Positions 28,614 through 37,719 of a stretch of DNA of 64,000 nucleotides are shown piece after piece. The translations under genes were made by a program, and so were the position numbers. The stretch lies in NCBI GenBank assembly GCA_044229975.1, contig JBGARZ010000004.1:480001-544000 (forward strand). The letters are read 5' to 3'. Source of the DNA: Polyangiales bacterium (GTDB lineage Bacteria > Myxococcota_A > Polyangia > Polyangiales > Ga0077539). Each line of letters begins with the position of its first letter. Within the stretch, counting starts at the first letter, position 1. The notes under the pieces were generated by a model. The model saw only the letters and a list, made by a program, of their open reading frames with translations. It ran no database searches and was not told where the DNA came from.

Positions 28614-30052
28614 CCCCGAAGGTGCTCCCACTCGGCGATCGGGGCCTCGACCTGGTCCTGAGCGGCGGACTGCGGTGGGTCGAACGCGTCGCAGGCGTGG
28701 CTGGGGCGTCCATCCTGGTTCGCGGGCCTGCGGGGTCAGGCAAGACGTTGATGGGGGTCACGCTTGCGCGAGCGCTGGCCAGACAGCTCGGTGGCCCCGT
28801 TGCCTACGGCTGCGTTGAGCTGCTCCCGACCGAGCTCGAAGCGCAGGTGCGTTCGTTGTTTCCGGCGGACGGTGACCTCGTCGTTCGGCATTCGCCCTTC
28901 GACGCTGAGGTCTCATCCGGGGCGGTCTCGATCCTCGCGAGCCTGCTGGAACTCGGCGGCGATCCCGACCAGCTCGGGGAGGCGCTCGATCGCATGTGGG
29001 CCGACGTCGGGGCGCTCGGCGTCACGCCGAAGGTCGTCGTCATCGACTCGTTGATCGAGGGTTACGGCATCGGCAGCAACGTCTCGCGGGAGTTCGCCGA
29101 CGCGATCTGCAAGCTCACGGCGCGTTGGGGCGTCGCGCTGATCCTGCTGGAGGAGTGCGGCTCGACGAAGGCGTCGCCGTGGGCCTACGCGGTCGACACG
29201 GTCATCGAGCTAGAGACCGAAGGGGACGAGGGCGCTGCGAAGACCCCAGAGCGTTGGCTGCGGGTGCCGAAGCATCGGTTTGGTCCATCGGACATCGGGC
29301 CGCATCGGTTCGTGATTCAGAGCGGGATTGGCATAGCGGCCTATCCGCGAGCGAGTACATGGCTCGAACCATGGGCGACACCTCTTGTCGATCTTCCGAA
29401 CCATGGTCCCGCGCCGCAACTCTCTCGGAAGGTAAGGAACGGGAGAGATCTGACTTTCAAAGGCCCCAACATCGCCGTTTTTGGCTCTGAAAGTTCGTCA
29501 GTGTTGAGGCTTGCACGCTCATTGAAGCCTACCGTTCCAGCCAAAGAATCGCAGTTGATTTGGTACGACTTCCAGAGTCCTCTCTCGGCCACCCCTACGC
29601 GATCGGGCAGCGTTCTTCGGGTGGGGCTCGGTCACCCCTACCTCACTGCCGAACATCTCCTCTCCCGGATGCTCGATCGCGAACTCTTCGGTGAGGCCGT
29701 TTCTCATATTATCATCAGTGACGTCCGCACAATCCGTTCTGCAAACAACACCAACTCACTCCGGAATGCCCTGGCCACATTCTGCTCACTGACAAGATCC
29801 TGGCGAATTCCTTCGCTGCTAGTTGAGACGGCCCCAATGCGGTTCGGAGCTTGGCACCACCTCTCTGGTGACCCAAGATCTCGGGTAGTTGAAGCGGGCA
29901 TCACGGAGCCCGATGTCGTCCATTTTTCTGACGACGTTGTTGAAGTTATTACCGATGATTGGAATGGTGGCGGCCTATTGCAGGTCCGAGTGACCAACCC
30001 AACGGCAGGCACCCTGACAGTCATTCAAGCCTCCGAGTTCGGCCCTCTGTAG
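28610..30052 (+). CDS. KaiC/RAD55-like RecA-fold ATPase with degenerate second domain
   Basis: GTGA overlap; GLDLVLSGG, Walker A GPAGSGKT, Walker B VVVIDSL, AVDTVIEL, RWLRVPKHR, GPHRFVI..G; C-terminal half lacks an intact Walker A. Confidence 0.85.
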   Translation: MTPKVLPLGDRGLDLVLSGGLRWVERVAGVAGASILVRGPAGSGKTLMGVTLARALARQLGGPVAYGCVELLPTELEAQVRSLFPADGDLVVRHSPFDAEVSSGAVSILASLLELGGDPDQLGEALDRMWADVGALGVTPKVVVIDSLIEGYGIGSNVSREFADAICKLTARWGVALILLEECGSTKASPWAYAVDTVIELETEGDEGAAKTPERWLRVPKHRFGPSDIGPHRFVIQSGIGIAAYPRASTWLEPWATPLVDLPNHGPAPQLSRKVRNGRDLTFKGPNIAVFGSESSSVLRLARSLKPTVPAKESQLIWYDFQSPLSATPTRSGSVLRVGLGHPYLTAEHLLSRMLDRELFGEAVSHIIISDVRTIRSANNTNSLRNALATFCSLTRSWRIPSLLVETAPMRFGAWHHLSGDPRSRVVEAGITEPDVVHFSDDVVEVITDDWNGGGLLQVRVTNPTAGTLTVIQASEFGPL

Positions 30053-30060
30053 CCCCCTCG

Positions 30061-30089
30061 TTGACACCCCCGCCCCGCGGGCGTACCCG
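30061..30089 (+). promoter_or_regulatory. Possible sigma70-type promoter
   Basis: TTGACA (30061-30066), 17 bp spacer, TACCCG (weak -10), just upstream of ATG 30102. Confidence 0.3.
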
Positions 30090-30101
30090 CCATTCATCCC
30101 C

Positions 30102-31694
30102 ATGCGCTCCCTCCGTCCCTTCCTCGCCGCGGCCGCCGTGCTCGCCGGTTGCGCCTCCGACGACGACCTCGACGGCCTCCTCCCCGGTGAGGACGATTGG
30201 GCCTCCGACCAGATCGTCGGCGCCAACTCGGTCGGTCGTCGCATGGCCGTCGAGGGCTTCGTCTACGTCCCCGTCGGCTCCTCCCAGAGCACCATCGTCA
30301 GCGCCGTCACCGCGCAGATGCGCGTCCTCTTCGGCGCCGCCCGCTCCAACGACATCGGCCTCTCCGAGCGCCAGCCCATCGTCAACCCGACCTCGTTCCG
30401 CCAGGACACCGTCGCCGTCGTCGACCCCGCGCGGCCCACCGTCACCACCCGCTCCGTGCTCCGCGTCCGCTACACCTACCGCTCGCGCGCGGTCGTTCCG
30501 CGCACGCTCGCCAACGCCAGCACCGTGCCCACCGCCACGCTCTTCCCGGTCTCCGCCGGGAGCCGCGCCGCCGCCGTCATCCAGCGCTGCCAGGACGCCG
30601 ACGCCCACGACCTCTCCGCCTCCACCATCTGGTACCACTTCCACCCCTCGCTCACCGACTGCGCGTCCGACATCCAGGCCGAGACCACGCGCATCGCCGC
30701 CGATCGCCGTCAGCTCGTCACCCCCGATCGGCAGGTCACCGAGAGCGAGGTCGGCCGCCTCTTCCTCCCCGTCACCATGGCCTTCACGCCCCTCGAATCC
30801 AACGAGACGGCGTCGCCCGAATACCATCGCCTGTATGAAGACGACCGCCTCGTGGCGTACTCGTTCTTCGGCCTCGACAAGGAAGACGACCCCAACGACT
30901 ACGGCGCCCGCAACTACTTCACCTGGCTCCGCACCGTGACCCGCGCGCAGCCCACGCTCCGCTACACGGTCCCCGACGGCACCAACCTCCTCGCCGTCAC
31001 CTGGAACGGCCGCCCCATCGCCAACGTCACCTACGAGCGCGTCCTCGGCTGGATCCTCGACAACGCCAACTACCCGACCGAGGTCACCACCGCCAACCGC
31101 AACGCGTTCCGCTTGCAGGTGCTCCGTCAGTGGCGCGGCCACTACGTCCACCTCGGCATGAACGTCACCGTCAGCACCGCCGGCCGCTCCCGCCCCGCCG
31201 CCGTCGAGCTACGCACCTACTACGGCGACGAGGAGGTCGACCAGCGCAGCGCGGCGCAGCGCTACGCCGTGGCCTTCCGCGAGGGCGACGTCTTCCAGTA
31301 CACGGGCCACTCGCACCTCGGGTACGGGCCGCTCGACCCCACCAACTACTCGGCCTCCACCTTCCCCGACCGCTACCAGCTGATGATGGTCAACTCGTGC
31401 GTGTCGTTCAACTACTACAACCAGTTCTTCCGGCTGCACCCGGGCGGGACGGCCAACCTCGACACCATCACCAACGGCATCGAGGTCTACCTCGAAGGCG
31501 CCGGGCTCTCCTCCGCGCGCTTCGTCCTCTCCCTCCTCGACGGTCGCTTCCGCAACTACCGCGAGATCCTCACGGACATGCGCGTCGACCTCCCCTGGGA
31601 GCGCGCCCACGACCCCGACCGCGTCGCCGACGGTGAGCTCGACAACCAGTTCACCCGCGCCCGCTTCCCGATGACCCTCACCCCCGTGCGATGA
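30102..31694 (+). CDS. Hypothetical lipoprotein, possible His/Cys peptidase-like C-terminal domain
   Basis: VLAGC lipobox; FQYTGHS and LMMVNSC segments; strongly host-like codon usage. Confidence 0.75.
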   Translation: MRSLRPFLAAAAVLAGCASDDDLDGLLPGEDDWASDQIVGANSVGRRMAVEGFVYVPVGSSQSTIVSAVTAQMRVLFGAARSNDIGLSERQPIVNPTSFRQDTVAVVDPARPTVTTRSVLRVRYTYRSRAVVPRTLANASTVPTATLFPVSAGSRAAAVIQRCQDADAHDLSASTIWYHFHPSLTDCASDIQAETTRIAADRRQLVTPDRQVTESEVGRLFLPVTMAFTPLESNETASPEYHRLYEDDRLVAYSFFGLDKEDDPNDYGARNYFTWLRTVTRAQPTLRYTVPDGTNLLAVTWNGRPIANVTYERVLGWILDNANYPTEVTTANRNAFRLQVLRQWRGHYVHLGMNVTVSTAGRSRPAAVELRTYYGDEEVDQRSAAQRYAVAFREGDVFQYTGHSHLGYGPLDPTNYSASTFPDRYQLMMVNSCVSFNYYNQFFRLHPGGTANLDTITNGIEVYLEGAGLSSARFVLSLLDGRFRNYREILTDMRVDLPWERAHDPDRVADGELDNQFTRARFPMTLTPVR

Positions 31695-31728
31695 CCCCCG
31701 CGATGCGCCGCGCCGCGCGGCGTAGGGC

Positions 31729-31749
31729 TCTGCCATCGTTCTGCCATCG
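31729..31749. promoter_or_regulatory. Direct repeat TCTGCCATCG x2 with 11-bp period, candidate regulator binding site
   Basis: Copies at 31729-31738 and 31740-31749, 40 bp upstream of an FHA/wHTH regulator. Confidence 0.4.
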
Positions 31750-31788
31750 GCCTGCGAGTGACGGCGCGCCATACGTCCCTCACCTCCA

Positions 31789-32766
31789 ATGATCACCAAA
31801 CGCTTCTGGCTCGACGCACCGGACGGACGGGTGACCATCGGCGCGTGGGCCGTTCTCATCGGCCGCAGCGCCGACTGCAACATCGTGCTGGAGCGTCCCG
31901 AGATCAGCCGCCACCACCTGCTGGTGCGCCTGAGCGGTGAAGGGGTGGAGATGCTCCCGCTCGGCCGCGAGCCGGTGCACCTCAACGGGGTCGAGCGGTC
32001 CGTGCTCACGACGCTGCACGGCGGCGACGTCATCGACGTCGGCGGATGGACCTTCCGCGTGGGCGAGGAGGAGATCGCATACGCGGCGCGCGCCCCGGAG
32101 GCGGCGTGGTGCCTGGAGCGCCAGAGCGGGCTGCTGCACCTCGTGACGGGGCCGGTGTTTCGCGTCGGCGGCGGCGACGACGACGACCTCATCGTGGAGG
32201 GGTGGGACCCGCAGGCGTTCTCGCTCACCCTGGACGCGGGCCCGCCGGTGCTCACGGCGCTGCTGCCTGGGGTGTCGTACGAGCGCGACCTGGAGGCGGG
32301 CGAGCAGGTCACCCTCGCTCACAACGCGCGCATCACGTACCGCACGGAGACCTTCATCGTGCGGCAGAAGCGGGCGCAGGCGGCCACGGCGACGCAGGCG
32401 TGGTCGCGGCCGAAGCACGCGGTGGTGGTGATGCTGGAGTTTCTCCCGCGCGGCGGACAGATGACCGTGGAGGTGGGCGGTCGCCTGCACGAGACGCTGC
32501 TCTCCGACCGCCGCTGCGACCTGGTGGCGTGCCTGCTGCAACCGCCGGCTCCGCTGGTGGCGGGCGACTTCGTCCCCGACGAGACGCTCTGCGAGCGCGT
32601 CTGGCCCGGCGAGAAGAACAACGGCCGCCAGGAGCTCAACTCGCTGCTCTACCGCTTGCGCCAGTACCTCTCGGAGGGCGGCATCGACCCGTCGCTGCTC
32701 TTCGAGCGCCGCAACGGCGGCCTGCGCTTCAGCCTCGCGCCCCGCGCCCGCGTCATCGTCCGCTGA
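31789..32766 (+). CDS. FHA-domain protein with C-terminal OmpR-like winged helix (transcriptional regulator)
   Basis: LIGRSADCNIVL..PEISRHH; C-term DLVACLL...VPDETLCERVWP...ELNSLLYRLRQYL...ERRNGGLRF. Confidence 0.8.
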   Translation: MITKRFWLDAPDGRVTIGAWAVLIGRSADCNIVLERPEISRHHLLVRLSGEGVEMLPLGREPVHLNGVERSVLTTLHGGDVIDVGGWTFRVGEEEIAYAARAPEAAWCLERQSGLLHLVTGPVFRVGGGDDDDLIVEGWDPQAFSLTLDAGPPVLTALLPGVSYERDLEAGEQVTLAHNARITYRTETFIVRQKRAQAATATQAWSRPKHAVVVMLEFLPRGGQMTVEVGGRLHETLLSDRRCDLVACLLQPPAPLVAGDFVPDETLCERVWPGEKNNGRQELNSLLYRLRQYLSEGGIDPSLLFERRNGGLRFSLAPRARVIVR

Positions 32767-32836
32767 CGCACTACCTTCCGGTCCCACTCAAGCGCTACCG
32801 CCGCCGAGCGAGGCTGCGCTATCACCTCGGGCGCAC

Positions 32837-35302
32837 ATGACAACCGCCCACTGGGTCATCCACAAGTTTGGCGGCACCAGCGTCGCCAGCGCCGATCGCT
32901 ACCGCGAGGTGGCCGCCATCGTCGACCGCGAGCCCGGCGCCCGCAAAGCCATCGTCGTGTCGGCGATGGCCAGGGTCACCGACGCCCTCCTCGCGCTCAC
33001 CACGCTCGCCCGCTCGCGCGACGACTCGTACACCGCGCGCCTCGCCGAGCTGCTCGCGCGCCACGTCGACACCGCGCGCGCGCTGCTCCCCGCGGCCGCC
33101 GCCGATGCCCTCGCGGAGACCTTCGCGTCCGACGGTCGCGACCTCGCCGACGTGCTACGCGCGGCGTGGCTGGCGCGCTCGTGCTCCGAGGAGCTCACCG
33201 AGCTCGTGGCGGGCTACGGCGAGCTGTGGTCGGCGCAGTTGCTGGGAGCGTTTCGTGCGTCGCAGGGCAGGGCGACGCGGTGGCTCGACGCGCGCAAGGT
33301 GCTGGTGGTGCGGCCCGGCGAGACGGGCCCCATCATCGACTGGGAGGTGTCGCGGGCCAACGTCGCGCGCTGGCTGGCGACGGAGCCCGCCGAGGAGCTG
33401 GTCATCACGGGGTACGTGGCGCAGACGCCGGAGGGCGTTCCGACGACGCTCAAGCGCAACGGGAGCGACTACTCGGCGTCCATCTTCGGCTCCCTCCTCG
33501 ACGCCTCCGCCGTCACCATCTGGACCGACGTCGACGGCGTGCTCAGCGCCGATCCCCGGCGCGTCCCGGAGGCCGTGGTGCTGGACGAGATGTCCTACAC
33601 CGAGGCGATGGAGCTCGCGTATTTCGGCGCCAAGGTGCTGCACCCGCGCACCATGGCCCCGTGCGTGGCGCAGGGCATTCCCATCTGGATCCGCAACACC
33701 TTCAACGCCTCGCACCCCGGCACGCGCATCCACGGCGCGAAGAACGTCAAGCCCGGCGGCGCCGCGGTGAAGGGCTTCTCCACCATCGACGGCATCGCCC
33801 TCGTCAACGTCGAGGGCACCGGGATGGTGGGCGTCCCCGGCGTGGCGCAGCGCATCTTCGGCGCGCTGCGGGCGGTGGGCGTCTCGGTGGTGATGATCTC
33901 GCAGGCGAGCTCGGAGCACTCGGTGTGCTTCGCGGTTCCTGAGGCGCAGGGCGAGCTCGCGCGCACCACGGTGGACTCGGCCTTCGCGGCGGAGGTTCAT
34001 CGCGGACAGATCCAGCGCGTGGAGGTCATCGCCGGGTGCAGCGTGCTGGCCGCGGTGGGCGAGCGCATGGCCGATACGCCGGGTGTTTCCGCGCGGCTCT
34101 TCGGCGCGCTCGGCAAGGCGGGCATCAACGTGCGCGCCATCGCTCAAGGGTCATCCGAGCGCAACATCTCCCTCGTCATCGACCGCGCGGACTCCACGCG
34201 AGCGCTGCGGGCCGTTCACGCGGGCTTCTACCTCTCCGACCAGGTGATCTCGGTTGGTGTGGTGGGGCCTGGGCTCGTGGGCAAGGCGTTGCTCGCGCAG
34301 CTCGCCGCGCAGGCGCCGCACCTGCGATCGCGCTTCAAGGTCGACCTGCGGGTGCGGGCCGTCGCGAGCTCGTCGCGCATGGTGCTGGGCGACCCTTCGC
34401 TCACGCCGGAGCAGTGGGACGACCCGACGAGGTCGGCGCCGACGGATCTCGACGCGCTGGCCGATCACATCCGCCCGTCGCACCTGCCGCACGCGGTCAT
34501 CATCGACTGCTCGGCGAGCGACGCGGTGGCCGATCGGTACGCGGGGTGGCTGGGTCGCGGCATCCACGTCATCACGCCCAACAAGCGGGCGGGCGCGGGT
34601 CCGCTGGAGCGATACCGGTTGATCCGTGAGCGCGCGGAGGCGAAGCGAACGCGCTTCTTCTACGAGGCGACGGTGGGCGCGGGGCTGCCGGTCATCACGA
34701 CGCTGCGTGACCTCATCCAGACGGGCGACCGCGTCACGCGCATCGAGGGCGTGCTGTCGGGGACGCTGTCGTACGTGTTCAATTCGTACACGCGGGGCAA
34801 GAGCTTCTCGGAGGTGGTGCGCGAGGCGAAGGCGCTCGGGTACACGGAGCCTGATCCGCGCGACGACCTCGCGGGGACGGACGTGGCGCGCAAGCTGGTG
34901 ATCCTCGGCCGCGAGATGGACCTCGCGATGGAGCTCGACACCGTCGCGGTGCAGAGCCTGGTGCCGGAGGCGTTGCGGGGTGCCGACGTGGCGGCCTTCA
35001 TGACGGGTCTGGCGGACTTCGACGCGCCGATGGCGGCGGCGTTGGAGGAGGCGCACGCGGCGGGCGAGGTGCTGCGCTACGTGGGCGTGATCGAGGCCGA
35101 CGGTCGGGCGAGCGCGTCGCTGCGGCGGTACCCGGTGACGCACCCCTTCGCGCGCATCGGAGCGAGCGACAACATCCTGGCGTTCACGACGGCGCGGTAT
35201 CACACGCAGCCGCTCATCGTGCAGGGCCCGGGCGCGGGGCCCGAGGTCACGGCGGGCGGGGTGTTCGCCGACCTGCTGCGACTGGCTTCGTCGGTGGGGT
35301 GA
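32837..35302 (+). CDS. thrA: Bifunctional aspartate kinase/homoserine dehydrogenase
   Basis: HKFGGTSV, RNGSDYSA, WTDVDG, two ACT domains, GPGLVG, YEATVGAGLP, GYTEPDPRDDL, GPGAG. Confidence 0.95.
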   Translation: MTTAHWVIHKFGGTSVASADRYREVAAIVDREPGARKAIVVSAMARVTDALLALTTLARSRDDSYTARLAELLARHVDTARALLPAAAADALAETFASDGRDLADVLRAAWLARSCSEELTELVAGYGELWSAQLLGAFRASQGRATRWLDARKVLVVRPGETGPIIDWEVSRANVARWLATEPAEELVITGYVAQTPEGVPTTLKRNGSDYSASIFGSLLDASAVTIWTDVDGVLSADPRRVPEAVVLDEMSYTEAMELAYFGAKVLHPRTMAPCVAQGIPIWIRNTFNASHPGTRIHGAKNVKPGGAAVKGFSTIDGIALVNVEGTGMVGVPGVAQRIFGALRAVGVSVVMISQASSEHSVCFAVPEAQGELARTTVDSAFAAEVHRGQIQRVEVIAGCSVLAAVGERMADTPGVSARLFGALGKAGINVRAIAQGSSERNISLVIDRADSTRALRAVHAGFYLSDQVISVGVVGPGLVGKALLAQLAAQAPHLRSRFKVDLRVRAVASSSRMVLGDPSLTPEQWDDPTRSAPTDLDALADHIRPSHLPHAVIIDCSASDAVADRYAGWLGRGIHVITPNKRAGAGPLERYRLIRERAEAKRTRFFYEATVGAGLPVITTLRDLIQTGDRVTRIEGVLSGTLSYVFNSYTRGKSFSEVVREAKALGYTEPDPRDDLAGTDVARKLVILGREMDLAMELDTVAVQSLVPEALRGADVAAFMTGLADFDAPMAAALEEAHAAGEVLRYVGVIEADGRASASLRRYPVTHPFARIGASDNILAFTTARYHTQPLIVQGPGAGPEVTAGGVFADLLRLASSVG

Positions 35303-35304
35303 AG

Positions 35305-35535
35305 GGGCCGGAGTTCGCGTGACCCCGTTGCAGGGGCGTGCAGTCGCTCACTCCGGGCTATTTCAGGTGGTCACCTCGCGGCGCAAGGTTGCAGGGACTC
35401 ACGACCGATCATGGATGGGCGATGGGCTGTTCGTTGAAACCAGTGCTGCAACCTCGCGCCGCGAGGTGACCACCTGAAATAGCCCGGAGTGAGCGACTGC
35501 ACGCCTCTGCAACGGGGTCACGCGAACTCCGGCCC
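35305..35535. mobile_element. ~230-bp palindromic element (MITE/REPIN-like), copy 1
   Basis: 90-bp arms 35305-35394 and 35446-35535 are near-perfect reverse complements; 51-nt loop. Confidence 0.8.
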
Positions 35536-35541
35536 ACCGAC

Positions 35542-36471
35542 TCACCCCTTCAACTCATCCGGTGACGACCGCGCCGCGGAGAGCACCCGCGCCCGCAGCC
35601 ACGCGTGCGCCGGGTCGCGGTGCCGTCGCTCGTGCCAGCTCTGCCACACCGTGAACCCCTCCAGCGCGATGGGCACCGGCCGCGTCACCAGCGGGAGCAG
35701 TCCGACGTACGCCCGCGCCATTCGCTCGGGCGCCGTCCAGATGAGGTCCGACCCCGTCACCACGTGCGGCGCCACCAGAAACTGCGGAACCGTCAGCCCC
35801 ACCCGCCGCGTTCGTCCGACGCTCGCGAGCGCGGTGTCCACCGGGCTGCCGGGCAGTCCGCGCGGCGCGATGAGCAGGTGCGGGTACGACAGCCACGCGT
35901 CGAGGTCGAAGGCCCGCTTCTTCTTCAGCACCGGGTGCCCTTCGCGCAGCACGCACACGAAGCGTTCGTGCATGAGCCGCTGGCGGTAGTAGTGGGCGCG
36001 CTCGTCCTGGTAGGGGCCGATGAGCAGGTCGAGCTCGCCGTCGCCGAGCATCCGTCGGCCGTCGTCGTTGGACGTCGTGCACACGCGCACGTCGACGCCC
36101 GGCGCCTCGACGGCGAGCGTCGCCCACAGCTCCGGCAGCAGCACGAACGACCCGTGATCGGCCGTCGCCACGGTGAAGGTGCGCGTCGCAGTCGCAGGGT
36201 CGAACTTCGCCGGGCCTTCGAGCGTGAGGCGCACGGCGTCGAGGCAGCGGGCGAGCGGCGGGCCCAGGGCGAGGGCGCGGTCGGTGGGCTCGACGCCTCC
36301 CGGTCGGCGCACGAAGAGGGGGTCGCCGAAGAGGTCGCGCAGGCGCTGGAGGGCGTGCGACATGGCGGGCTGGCTGAGCCCGAGGCGGCGCGCGGCGCGG
36401 GTGACCGAGCGCTCGGCGAGCAGCGCTTCGAGGGTGACCAGGAGGTTGAGGTCGACGGCGGCGAGATTCAT
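35542..36471 (-). CDS. LysR family transcriptional regulator (NodD/NahR-like)
   Basis: MNLAAVDLNLLVTLEALLAERSVTRAARRLGLSQPAMSHALQRLR...DPLF...WH.R...DPAHAWLR. Confidence 0.95.
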   Translation of the reverse strand: MNLAAVDLNLLVTLEALLAERSVTRAARRLGLSQPAMSHALQRLRDLFGDPLFVRRPGGVEPTDRALALGPPLARCLDAVRLTLEGPAKFDPATATRTFTVATADHGSFVLLPELWATLAVEAPGVDVRVCTTSNDDGRRMLGDGELDLLIGPYQDERAHYYRQRLMHERFVCVLREGHPVLKKKRAFDLDAWLSYPHLLIAPRGLPGSPVDTALASVGRTRRVGLTVPQFLVAPHVVTGSDLIWTAPERMARAYVGLLPLVTRPVPIALEGFTVWQSWHERRHRDPAHAWLRARVLSAARSSPDELKG

Positions 36472-36480
36472 GGCGCGAAT
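36466..36480. promoter_or_regulatory. LysR box (ATTC-N7-GAAT, T-N11-A)
   Basis: attcatggcgcgaat overlaps the LysR start codon in the divergent LysR/NmrA region. Confidence 0.55.
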
Positions 36481-36590
36481 GACGAGTATGCCATCGTTCG
36501 ATTGGACGAATGATGGGGGAGGGCCCATCTTCGTCGGCGTCGCGGTGGTCAACAGCAACAGACCACATGGCCGCGGCGGAGGGTTTCATC

Positions 36591-37463
36591 ATGTTCGTCG
36601 TCGCTGGAGTCTCTGGGAACACTGGTTCGGTCGTCGCGGAGACGCTGCTCGCGCAGGGCAGGCCGGTGCGGGTGGTGGTTCGTGATGCGAGCAAGGGCGC
36701 GGCGTGGAAGGCCCGCGGCGCCGAGGTGGCCGTGGCCGACGTGGCCGACGCGAAGGCGCTCGGTGAGGCGCTGAAGGGCGCGACGGGGGCGTACCTGCTG
36801 GTGCCTCCCTTCGGCTGGGGGTCGGCCGACCCGGTGGGCGAGCAGAACGCCAAGGTCGCAGGCATCGCCGAGGCGGTGAAGACGGCGAAGCCGGCGCACG
36901 TGGTGCTGCTGTCGTCCGTCGGCGCGCAGCACGCGAAGGGAACGGGGCCCATCGCGGTGCTCCACACGCTCGAAGAGAAGCTGCGGGAGACCGGGGTTCC
37001 CGCGACGTTTCTGCGCGCGGCGTACTTCATGGAGAACTGGGGCGGCAGCCTCGCGGGCGCGCTGGAGAGCGGCGCGGCCTACAACGGGCTGAGCGCGGCG
37101 AAGAAGTTCCCGCAGATCGCGACGCACGACATCGGGACGACGGCGGCGCGGCTGCTGGTCGAGCCGGTGAAGTCGGGTGTGCGGGTGGTCGAGCTGTCGG
37201 GCCCGGAGGAGTACTCCTTCGACGACGCGGCCGCGACCATCGGCAAGATCGCGGGCAAGGAGGTCAAGGCGGTGCAGGTCCCCATCGCGGGGATGGAGGG
37301 CGCGCTCCAGGGCATGGGGGCGTCGGCGGCGGTGGCGGGCCTCTACGGCGAGATGACCGACGGCGTGAACCGCGACCACGTGACGTGGGAGGGCGGCAGC
37401 GCCATCGCGGTGCGCGGGCCGACGACGCTGGAGGCGGTGCTGCGCGGGTTGTTGAAGAAGTAG
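36591..37463 (+). CDS. NmrA family NAD(P)-binding protein
   Basis: MFVVAGVSGNTGS...VRVVVR...LLSSVGA...FLRAAYFMENW. Confidence 0.9.
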   Translation: MFVVAGVSGNTGSVVAETLLAQGRPVRVVVRDASKGAAWKARGAEVAVADVADAKALGEALKGATGAYLLVPPFGWGSADPVGEQNAKVAGIAEAVKTAKPAHVVLLSSVGAQHAKGTGPIAVLHTLEEKLRETGVPATFLRAAYFMENWGGSLAGALESGAAYNGLSAAKKFPQIATHDIGTTAARLLVEPVKSGVRVVELSGPEEYSFDDAAATIGKIAGKEVKAVQVPIAGMEGALQGMGASAAVAGLYGEMTDGVNRDHVTWEGGSAIAVRGPTTLEAVLRGLLKK

Positions 37464-37475
37464 GCGGGTCGTTGC

Positions 37476-37698
37476 CGGAGTTCGCGTGACCCCGTTGCAG
37501 GGGCGTGCAGTCGCTCACTCCGGGCTATTTCAGGTGGTCACCTCGCGATGCGAGGTTGCAAGAACTCTCGACTGACGATGAGCGAGTCGATGGGTTGTTC
37601 GTTGAAACCAGTGCTGCAACCTCGCATCGCGAGGTGACCACCTGAAATAGCCCGGAGTGAGCGACTGCACACCCCTGCAACGGGTCCCGCGAACTCCG
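37476..37698. mobile_element. ~225-bp palindromic element (MITE/REPIN-like), copy 2
   Basis: Same arms as 35305-35535 (37476-37560 / 37615-37698), same orientation, diverged loop. Confidence 0.8.
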
Positions 37699-37719
37699 AC
37701 GCGCAGCGGGCTCAGGACA

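Noticed and set aside
28610..30052. Circadian clock kaiC
   Set aside because: No kaiA/kaiB nearby and the second domain is degenerate; only KaiC-like
27592..30060. att sites or integrase for the low-GC cassette
   Set aside because: No flanking direct repeat, tRNA or recombinase gene found by eye
35433..35440. GTTGAAAC in the hairpin loops resembling a CRISPR repeat end
   Set aside because: Single 8-mer per element with no repeat-spacer periodicity
35489..35535. ORFs starting MSDCTPLQR at 35489, 37518 and 37657
   Set aside because: They start inside the palindromic element arms and run antisense to real genes
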